A stretch of DNA of 64,000 nucleotides, from the NCBI GenBank assembly GCA_964304625.1, contig OZ199840.1, positions 5,879,200-5,943,199 of the forward strand, given 5' to 3'. Below are positions 13,736 through 24,201 of this stretch, piece by piece. The DNA is from Kudoa neothunni (taxonomy: Eukaryota; Animalia; Cnidaria). The notes below the pieces were generated by a model. It was not told the origin of the DNA and did no database searches. It worked only from the letters and a program-made list of their open reading frames with translations. Every line of letters begins with the position of its first letter. Within the stretch, counting starts at the first letter, position 1. A program made the position numbers and the translations under genes.

Positions 13736-14412
13736 ATGGTGCAGCCAACAATTAAAAAGAACGTCATCAAGAAACGAACCAAAAAGTTTATACGTTTCCA
13801 ATCTGATCAATTCAAAAGAGTTAAAGTATTACGTCCTGTGATGTGATGATGAATCTAAAATGATTGTTAGCCCAACTGGAGAAAACCAAGAGGTATTGAT
13901 AACAGATGCCGAAGAAAGTTTAGAGGAAATAGATTGCTACCTGGTGTTGGTTACAGAAATGATAAATCAACAAGGTTCATGAACAGAGATGGTTTCAAAA
14001 GATGTGTTGTGAACAATGTCACTGTAAGTCACGCGCTGTCTCTTTTTTATGATATTCTGTCCTTCTACACACCTCTCGAAAGCGTTATGATTTGGATTCA
14101 AATTATAATCGTCAAGTAGAGGAATAGCAATCGAATAGTTGGGTGTCTTGATATTGATTTTGGTATTAGGCCAAAAATTATTCTCACATTCTCACGTTGT
14201 TGTTTAATTATTCGCTCTGAATGAACTGTTGTTGAATTGGTTAATTATTGTAGGAAATGGACGCGTTGATGATGTTGAAAGGTCAATATGCTGCAATCAT
14301 TGGTCACGCTGTTAGCGCTGCCAAGAGAAAGGTTATGATCGATAGAGCTCTTCATCTTGGAATCAAAGTCGTCAATGGATCAGCCAAGTTGAGATCTGAG
14401 GAAAAGGAATAA
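13736..14412 (+). CDS. RPL32: 60S ribosomal protein L32 (eL32), 3 coding exons
   Basis: MVQPTIKKNVIKKRTKKFIRFQSDQFKRVK|PNWRKPRGIDNRCRRKFRG...GYRNDKSTRFM...|EMDALMM...IIGHAVSAAKRKVMIDRALHLGIKVVNGSAKLRSEEKE*. Confidence 0.98.
14060..14191 (+). ncRNA. SNORA21: Intronic box H/ACA snoRNA, SNORA21 (ACA21)/snR10-like
   Basis: Layout is hairpin, H box (ATAGCA 14124-14129), hairpin, ACA (14186-14188). Upper stem 1 is TTATGATTTG/CAAATTATAA and lower stem 2 is GAATAGTT/AATTATTC. Each pocket lies 14 nt from its box. Pocket 1 (AAAGC/CGTC) pairs with LSU GACG-U-C-GCUUU; pocket 2 (TGGGTG/CAA) pairs with LSU A-loop UUG-U-U-CACCCA. Confidence 0.85.
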
Positions 14413-15416
14413 CTTTATCTATCACAGTGATGGAATGCGTTAGTGTGTTAGTTTGTTGGTTTTTTGCTTTTGTTAACAATTTATGTGTTCATTGACTGTT
14501 TGGGGGTTTTAATACTTTTTCTTATTTTGTCAATTAAGTGGTTTTATTTGAAAAGCACGAGTTAATTAGAAACGTCGTCTTTTTCATTTAAGTAATGTCA
14601 ATTTGAGGATATAATTTTTACTGATTAAATCGTTGGTAATGTTAGTTTAAATGAGTTTTCGTAAAAATCTAGCTTGCCGTGATTACGCATGAATTTATGA
14701 TTCGCCATTTTTGTCATGGTGCTCAATTAATTTGTTGAGATATGGCGATGTTTTAATGTTCGTTAATTGAAGCTACAAATCAAATGAATTCCTGGTAATA
14801 ACCACTAAATACCATGATCTTTAGAATAAAATGGGATCCGTTTGGATCTATAATTTTGTTTCTTTTACACTAATAGACGAGGTTAACTCAGGCTCCATCT
14901 AAAGTTTAACTACACCGGTACAGTAGGGTGCAGTAGGTAAGTGACCACACATTTTTATAATACAACTCATATAATGATAGGTTGATTAAAGTTTCATTTT
15001 TTTATTTAAATGGGGTAATTCATAACCATTCTAAAGATTTTATTGGAGAAATCAAACAATTTCATTTTCAAATGTGCGTTAAATTATTTGAATGCGTGTA
15101 TGTGTACGTATGCAATTGGTCTGTTTAAAAATTCAATTGCCTACATGGATACGAATAATATGAGTTCTCCAAGATAATATTACAAAAATGCAATATATTT
15201 GATAATAATTAATATTATAATAAATACTTTTATTTGACGAATATATTAAATATACAGTTAAGCAACCATATAGCGTAGTAAATCGAGACTTTAGATTCAC
15301 TAATCTTTGGTGGTTTGCACCTGCGCATTAAATAAAACAATAATTCTTTTTTATTTTCATTCTATTTGTAACATGGGAATTATAGGGGTTGTAATCCAGC
15401 AACCGCATATGCGCAA

Positions 15417-15564
15417 TCGAGAGCGGAGTGGTATGGCATCACCATCTTTTAATGCTGATAACGCAGGTTCGAATCCCAGCTCGGACCTTGTGTTACACCT
15501 TTTAACTAATTATTTTATTTCATTTGTTATAGAATACAATAATAATAATAATAATAATAATAAT
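15417..15564 (+). mobile_element. tRNA-derived SINE or tRNA pseudogene with (AAT)n tail
   Basis: A-box-like AGCGGAGTGG, B box GGTTCGAATCC, partial acceptor stem TCGAG/CTCGG, poor anticodon arm, (AAT)n run at about 15538-15564. Confidence 0.55.
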
Positions 15565-15689
15565 GTAGAGTTTTAATTATAAAGACCTTTCTACTGGTTT
15601 TTGTAGCAGTTTTTAATTGAGCTGTAGGTTTAATACCATTTCCGACATTAAAATCTAGATCTTTCCCACATTTTGTATTAAATCTTTAA

Positions 15690-16120
15690 ATTCTCCATCA
15701 CCAACAAACGTATTGTCGTAAATGGGTTCTAGATTCCTTGGTTCCTCGATTCTATCATTCATTTTATTAAATTATCGCCATAAAATTATTGTAATCAAAT
15801 GAATCTTCAGACATAGTATCACTTTTAGACTCAATATAAATCTCTCTTTACTATTATACTATTGTTAAATAGTGGAGACTTTTTAAAGTTTTTTTTAATG
15901 TTTTTACCATTCCGCTAACCATTTTCATTGTGTTTATGTAGTATAGGATGGTATATTTAAATATGCCTTGATTTTTCCATCATTATAAAGAACTTGTTTG
16001 ATTCGTATTTTTCTGAAATAAGACTTTAAACTATTTATCACAATGAGATCCATTGGATGAGAAACATTAGTTTCATTTGTTTGATAAAAATGATACTTCA
16101 GTAGGTTCGAATGAGTCATT
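15690..16120 (-). pseudogene. Highly degraded retroviral-type (Gypsy/Ginger-like) integrase fragment
   Basis: Minus-strand fragments 'IKQVLYNDGK', 'IPSYT', 'MVSGMVKTLKKTL' and 'LEPIYD' resemble the integrase core and GPY region; interrupted by frameshifts and stops. Confidence 0.3.
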
Positions 16121-17256
16121 TAATTCTAGGTGTGATGGAAACTGGTCTAAAAGTATAAAAACTTTTCAATTTTTTTATGAATCATTTATTGAGGTCCATA
16201 AGAATCTCAAAATATTTTATCGCACGCTGAATAATTCCTTTAGAGCGCGAGATTTTTGAAATTTTTGGATAACGCGAATTGGATTCGCTTGTAGTTTGAT
16301 AGGTCCTCTGGGACAACCTCTCGTAAAAAGAGCAGTTTCCTCAAGATTAATTATATTTCAAACAAACTCTTTTTTATATACTTAGGAAACTAATCTCTAC
16401 TCTAATAAAGTTAAAATCGTTTATTCTAAAGTTTTTAGTAATCATTGTTGTTTTGTTAACGATCAAAAGTCCAGGGATATTTTCTTTTTTTATCGCGTAA
16501 ATAATAAATATTATTATGCAGTCATAAATATTTTTTGAAAATTGAATAAATTTTCCATTTGATACCCTAATTCGATGTGAAGAAATATCTGAATTTAGAA
16601 TTTTCGCTACTTTGATAGGACGTTATGATGAGATTAATAACTTCACCACTTTATATTTAACTTTATTAACAAAATACCGGGTAAGTTAATATCCTCCAGT
16701 ATCATATGGTTCGCGCCAAGCATTTATTTTAGCGAATTATAATAATTTTGTAACTATGAAAATCTAAATATTTGTTTAACTCGGTCTGAATTTGGGCAGA
16801 ACGTGTAAATTACGCCATCTGCAAGTTGTACAATGGATGTTTTCGACCAATTTATCTAAACTATAATAATTCATCTAAATATCACTAAGAAATTAGGATA
16901 AATTTCCTCCAACTAACTTTTGTATCAGAGTTAACAAATTAAAAAATTTTAGGCTAATTTTGAAATTTTTTATTTATGTAGCCTAAAAGTTCTAATTTAA
17001 AGTTTCCTCAATTTTTGTCAAGCTCATAATTACCCTCTCCGAACCGAAGTCAAGAATAACTAATTATAGTCAAAATTGCAGATGGCATATTAAATTGTTT
17101 TCGCAAATATACGTTTCCCTGCAAAAATTATATATTATATTTTGCTTAAATAATTTCACAACATAATGAAGTTAAAAAAAGAAAGACATTAATCGAACAT
17201 GACTGATTATTACAATAGGATTTAATTCGAATGAAAATCGATATTAACAACAATCG

Positions 17257-18703
17257 TTATTGATGTCTTGCGAGATTTTTGCTTTCCCGCTCCTGTTGGA
17301 TCAATTCATCTGTGGTGTACCTTGCGAGAAGCTCGGCCTTTTTACGTTCGACCAAAATATTCTCAACCTAAGTATTGAATTAGGACAAATCCTCCAACTA
17401 AAATCCTCAGCCGAAAGAGACCTCTTCTTGAGTGGGTATATTTGAAGTGGTGTTAGATGGTGCGGCAGGGGTTGTATTATTTTCATGTTGATCGTGAGAA
17501 ACCTGATGAATTGTTGTTGACATTGGGTTATCGGGATCGAATTTGACCTAAAATTTCCATCCATTCAACGCACAACAAATACATAATAATATTTAATGTT
17601 TAATTTTGCAATACAAGATCAGAAAACTGTTTGTATTTGGATTTTTTTGTGTAGAGCTCCTGAAAAATTTCATCAGTAACACAATTGTCCCAATTTTGCA
17701 GCGCTTTTTTTCTCACTACACATTCAAAAAAGAATAAAATTCACAACCACATTCAGCTCATATATACAGTCTTCTTCCAACTTGGCTTCTTCTTCCAGAT
17801 CGATATACAAGTCATTCGTGGTTCGGTAGCCATAATAATCAATATCTACACATTTTGTGAGTTCGTATTTGGATTTTTTATCCGATTTATCAGCTCCTAC
17901 TCAATAAATTAAGTCAGTAGATTGCATAAGCAAAAATCGAATGAGAAATAGAACACTAACTGATATGTTGATTTTCGAAGAGTTCTTTAACACCAGGGAG
18001 ATCTTTAGTGGCTCCAAAGTATTTGTAACCGCCCGATCCAATAATTTCGGTTCCATTATCATCAAGTTCTTGGCCGATTTTCTACATATAAAGAATAATC
18101 AAAAATAAACGATCAAATATCAAATATCATATATCATATAAATAGGAAGAATATTACTGACAAATGAAAATTTTAATTATACCGTGTAATCAGGTCCACC
18201 AAGTTGTTTGATACGTTGTTCGTATTTACGTTTCTGTCTGATAAGACGGTTGATTTCATCGTTCAAATCTCGAAGGCGAAATTCTCCCAATCCAGCTATA
18301 ATCAATCGATCAATCAATCAAAAATCGAACAAATAGAAAGTACCATTCTGGATTTGACTAACTTTTTTGGTAATCTCGTGTATCATCTACGAATTGGTCA
18401 TTAAAAATTTGTTAAATAATCAACTACATCTCGTCTGAATTTTTCCAACACTTCGATATCATTGCATTGAGAAGGAGATGAAGGTCTTGCGGGCTATTAA
18501 AAACAATTATTAGAAACACCACTGTAAAGCTAAGTTACTCTGAACTTTTTTTCATTTTTTTTCATATCGACCCATCTCGAAAGCATAGACCTGAATGATT
18601 AAAAATTAGATGTAACTTAATGAAAACCACTCACATAGCCTTTTCCGCATTTCTAGCCTAAAACATGCTTATATATCTTCCCTATCCTAACCAATCTTAC
18701 CAT
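17257..18703 (-). CDS. ISY1: Pre-mRNA splicing factor ISY1 (multi-exon; first coding exon is ATG only)
   Basis: [15 protein letters not shown]...[24 protein letters not shown]...GGPDY...[18 protein letters not shown]...[23 protein letters not shown]. Confidence 0.96.
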
Positions 18704-18801
18704 TTTTACTCGGTGTCAACAAATGGGATAATAAAAGAATGTCTCTGTTAAGTGAGGTGCCCTAACGAAGTAGAAATTTACGCAGAGCAGCTGTTTATGT
18801 G

Positions 18802-18822
18802 TGCGCATGCGTTAAACACGTG
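18802..18822. promoter_or_regulatory. NRF1-like motif (TGCGCATGCGT) plus E-box CACGTG in the putative bidirectional promoter of ISY1 and the orphan gene
   Basis: GC-rich palindromic motif about 100 bp upstream of the ISY1 ATG in very AT-rich DNA; related motifs lie upstream of RPL32, CARS and TPI. Confidence 0.5.
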
Positions 18823-19186
18823 TGATTTGTTTTGTTGTTTTATTCACTAATTTGAAATTATTATTTTGATATTTTACAAATATTAATTAATTAATTATAT
18901 ATATAATATGATATATTTCAAACAATAAAATTCTAAAATTTTTGCATATAAATTTTATATTCGAAAATAATCACACCAAATATCTAATACTTTCGTTTTC
19001 ATTTATGTTACATTAAATGCATTATCTCATTGTGAATATTCTTATTTATACATTTGTATAAAAAAATTTTCATCATAAGGGGAAAAGTTGACCGCTTATT
19101 GATTATATCTTAGCGCGTGCGTGGACAGTGGTTTAAATATTAGAAAATTCGCCTGATCTTTCAAATATATACTGAGTTTTGTACGC

Positions 19187-22100
19187 ATGTTAAGGTTTGC
19201 ATCACTCAAAAAAATATGCAGACTCGATAGATTGGAGCCATTTTCTAGGTAAAAGCTAAATAATGCGAAAATTTTGAATATCTGTTTTAGAACTGATTTA
19301 TGGTCACACAGAAGATTTCAGACAGGAAGTATTAACAATAATGCAGAATCGTTAATTGTGATTAAAAATATCGACGGAAAAGTGGAAAAAAGTTTGCACG
19401 AAAATCTCAACAACTCGTTTATGCGAGTGTTCTATCAAACATGTCCAATCCCTGAAAGTTATTCGTCAAAAGCGTCAGTCACCAACTTTTACGTTTCTAC
19501 AAATGATATCGGAAAATGTGTGCCACATTTGAGCAAACTTTTTCCTCCTCATAACCGTTATGGAATCGGTTTCGAAGTGCTTCCACCTCATATTTCTAAG
19601 TATTTATTCCAACAAATTGAATATAATCTTTTTATATTTGATAGGTATTTCTATACGAATTTAAAGTTAAAAGTGCCCATCAGTGTCATAGAAGATGCCC
19701 TAGGGTCGTTGCCATTTGTTTTTTGTTATAAGATAAAGGGTGATTTAAATCACCTCGATTCTTATTATATTCGACTTAAGTATGTTCAAGACGTATGGAT
19801 CTTAATGGATAAATTGTCATGGAACAATTCTAAGGCTCCTACTTTTAACTCAATTGAAAGTCTACATAATCCTAACTTTTTCTACAATACCAATAAACTG
19901 GTGTTAAGAAATGCTGAAAGCGATTACACTTCTTTTTTTGAAGATTTAAGAAATAATGACAATACTGAATTAGTTAATCATTTAAAATCTATTCTAAAAT
20001 CAAATGTGTCTGTCGAACAACTTGAAGATGGAGTTGCTGCTGTTGTTGTCGAGATGGATAATGAGGAAAAATTTGATCAATTTTTACACTGGAATTGTGA
20101 TAAATTCTACTTTGATCCATATTTCGACCGAAGCAACTCCAATCAAACTCTCCTGCATAATCAGGTGTGGTTGACATACGACAAACCACAAGAAATAATA
20201 CCCGCCTTCAGCCAACTTCTTCCCAACTGTGATCTACACAGCTACAAATTGTTCACTAATTTCAATCCCAAAATAAACAATTATGCCATCTTACGAGTCA
20301 AAAATGAGAATGTCGATCGAATTTCCTCAAATATCCACTCACTCAATACCATTACACTTCCAACCAGAAACAGCATATTCAGCAATAATATCATCATTGA
20401 TGATAAATATTATGGAACTGAAATGGAAGATATTGTCGAGTTTTTAAGACCATACGAATATCATGATATCCGTTTTGAAATGATAGATGGAAATTCTGTG
20501 GTGAGAGTGGCAGTCAAAAATATACCCAGCTATTATGGTATATTACATTCGAAATGTGTCGACCGGAAGGACACTTTGACTGCCACTCCAGCCAGATTCA
20601 CCCCTTTCTATCAGCAACTACTCACCAAAAATCCCCTTTTTAACAATTATCACTTTTGGGTGGATTATTGCTCGATTGTGTTCAACGTGAATAGCTTCAG
20701 CTCTAATAACGCTCTAAAACTTGTTCAACACGCTGTCGATCATATACTCGAAGAATGCCAACAAAATAAAAATATCGACCCTGCATCCTATTATCGAGTC
20801 AAATATCTAAAAGAGGGAGACTATCAAACATATACTGTTGTGGTGGAATTTGATTGTGCTTTGTTGTCAGCCCCTATGATGGCTATTTTTTCCAACGGCT
20901 TATTCAATAATATCAATTCCATAGAACCAGTTGCTTTTTGGAATAATTCGGCTTGTCGTGGCATCCCTTTCGCGAATGAGTTCATTATTAGTGGTCTGCC
21001 GGAAGATATCGATCTAACCGCCTATCTGAAGGAGCTGTTTTGTGACGTGAAATTCAACTCGCTACAATTATCCAACAAAAACAATGGAACCTATTGTATT
21101 ACGGTTTCGTCTCCCAGACAAATCGACAAGTTGCTCAGCAAAAATTTCCATTCCTACGATAAATATTTCAATGTGGTTATCAATCAAAATGTGTGCTCGC
21201 CCAAATTATTTATCAAAAGCAACAACCAAATCTCATCTAATACATTTTCCATTGTGAATGATGGTTCAAATTTGGGTTTGAGTGAAAGCCAACTGCTGGA
21301 TTGGCTTCATCCTTTGATACCACGCCAAATTCTACATTGTCCACATACCAACAACCTAATGGTTACTTGTCGTAACGAAACCGATGTCCAAAAATTGTTA
21401 TTCACATCTGGAACAATGCACAAAGACTTCGGAGTGCCATTGTTTGTACGCTTCTGTCCTCGTTCCTCCCAAAATGATACTAAACAAAAAATGCAAACGT
21501 CAATTACTCAAATGAATTCATCTCTGAATGTGAGTGGGAGTGGAAATAAGAGTGTGTTAGTTAATATGTTAGAGCGAAGTTTTCCTCCAAAAAATCCGCA
21601 CACACTTGGTCGTATTTCACCATCATTAGCTTTGGCTGTTCTTAGTCAATTTGAACATCCCAATAATTCCCTAAATTCAACTTCTCACTTTACACCAACC
21701 AAGTCGGACAGTTTTGATCAATACAACGAAGTTTTTTATCCAATGTGGAAGACACGCCCTAAATTGGTAAGAGAAGCCGACAACCTTTCTTCCCAAACAA
21801 TACCCAATTCGAAAAACCTGCTACTTAAAGATCAACTGAATGTGACTAGAGCTCATTCTTCTCTTCGCTCCATAAACCATGGTTATCCAAAGATAAAAAA
21901 ACCACCTGTGGATTCTTCTCAAACTAGGACTCAGTGTGGTGATGGCGATAAAGCTTTCGCTTTATTTGAAATGTACATCAGTGAAATAACTACTAATACG
22001 GCAGTATCGGATGTAAAACCTTCGACCAAAAGTCATTTTATCCAAAAATCGCCGGAAACTGAACCTAAGCAGGTTATCTCCATTAATGATGGTTACCAAA

Positions 22101-22300
22101 GACAAATAGTTCCTATGATTATTTCAAGAATAAATAAATCAAATATTAATCTTCCTGAACAATACCAGTTTCTAAAATCGGTAACTCCTCTCATCCCCAC
22201 GGTACCACCGCAAAACCGAGCTCGTATAAACCGTGATAAAACCAATCCAAAGTGTGGAAAGCTCAAAAAGAATGAAGCAAATAATAAACTTAGAAAATAA
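19187..22300 (+). CDS. Uncharacterised ~1023-aa protein; MTS-like N-terminus, several degenerate RRM-like domains, low-complexity basic tail
   Basis: A 3-kb stop-free ORF in AT-rich DNA. Upstream exon 19187-19248 and a 42-nt GT-AG intron (19249-19290) splice in frame to give MLRFASLKKICRLDRLEPFSRTDLWSHRRFQ. AATAAA follows the stop. Confidence 0.8.
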
Positions 22301-24201
22301 TTGTTTATTTATTTTTGTATATTTTTTTTATTTTTTAATAAAATGATTATCTCCTTTCTTAACATTGCGCAAAGCATCTTTTTTATGTTTTGACCTAATA
22401 AAATTTTTATAATTACAAATTATTGTTCTTTTTATTGAATAACTTTTAATTTTTGCCTTATTAGAGATTTTTTGGAAATAAATTCTAAATATCCGACTTT
22501 AGATTAAAGCTTATATATTTTCATTTCTCATAACTTCAAGGAGTGGAAAAAATTGACTGCAATTATGATACTTAAATCAAGATACTATAATTTAGATTCT
22601 TGTTTATTTTAGAATTGTAATTTATATGTATTTATTTTAACCGTTTTAAAGATTTCTTAAAAATAACTAATATTTTTTTAATCACAAAGAAAATATATTT
22701 TTCGTTTAATCTTCATTTGGATCAGGTAACGCATTTTCGTATATGGTGTCGGGTTCATGCGCCAAAATATTGATTAGTGATATAAACGGAAATTCTATAG
22801 AATTCTCCTAATAACTAAAAAAGAAACATTTTCAACATAATTCAAATACTTAAATCAACTCTAATCATTCTGAGTTAATAATTAAACAAGTATTTCTAAT
22901 TGTTGTTACCTTAATTAAAATTAACTTTAAAGCCTAAATTATCCTTTTTTGTATTTATTAATTCAGTATATACAAAAGGTTTTTATACAAGCTTAAGTTT
23001 AGGTATTTCTAAATTGAATCATCTCCGCCAAGTGACTTTTCAGTAAGAGAGAAAGACACTACCTAACTGCATACTTTTAAAATTCCGAAAAATCGTATAA
23101 AGTAATAAAATGATTGATATAAACATTAAGAGTTATTTTTAATGAAACATATAATAAATCTCTATCAAAAACTCATTTTGCTTTGCCATCAATATATTTG
23201 AAAGATTCTAGGCTCACTTAAATATTTTAAATAAACTTAAATATTAAGTTTTCTGAACTATAAACTATTTGATTTTAAAATAATGAGTGAATCATTAATT
23301 TGGCGTGATTGATATTAAAAGTTGCATTTTAGCTCTCACAAAATACTTATATGGATAAAATTTACTAAGATTTAGCCTTTTTTATTCCTACTTGGTAATA
23401 TTAAGACAAATAGGCATAATTTAGAATCTAACTTCAACTTATTTCAATCATGTGACTTGCGCCTAGGGGTTTAAACAATCAAGTATCTAGATATTTTCCT
23501 CTTAAAATCGAGCATGAGCAAACATAATAATAAAAGCAAGTTTCACAACAAAATAACATTATGATTTGCAATTATTATAATTTTTAATTATATTTTTAGG
23601 CAGTGATCCCAAATAAAATTTAGAGTAATATTTATCATTGTTTTGTTTTAAAATATTTTAAATTACATCTGAATAGACCCTACTAGCTAAATGTTATTTA
23701 GTTACTACACACATTTTAATGATATCGTTAATAATAGCTCGATTTAATATCATAAAACGTAACAACGTGGTTATAATCGCACTTTTCTCATATCTTTAAT
23801 ATTTGCTCAGACTAGATTTGTTGTCATTTACATAAAAATAACTATTATACAATAATTTATTCCCTCATATCTGTGTTTTTATAATGATGTAACATTCTTG
23901 TGTGTTTCTCATCGTCCATTAAAAAAACAAAATATTTTTAAACAAAAAGTAATAACAAGCTTAACACCCTGAAACAGCTTTAATAAGATATTGGTGCGCA
24001 TGCACGACAAAGTTTCGGCGAGTTGTGGCCATGTCAAAATCGAGACTTTCTAGGTACACCATACTGAGGATTGATGTATTAAGTCATAAGATCCAAATAA
24101 TGCCAGGGATTTCGTTAACCACCGCTGTATCTTGTTCTTAGCAAATGTCTTAATTAAATTATTTATAATAGATGAAAATTTTTATAGTTACAGAAATTTA
24201 A

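Noticed and set aside
13826-13870. C-box-like GTGATGA in RPL32 intron 1
   Set aside because: The intron is only 45 nt and has no D box (CTGA), so it is too small for a C/D snoRNA.
15417-15490. Functional tRNA gene
   Set aside because: D and anticodon arms do not fold properly; treated as a SINE or pseudogene.
16795-17125. Inverted repeat GCCATCTGCAA / TTGCAGATGGC
   Set aside because: Probably an old MITE, but the ends and TSD cannot be defined.
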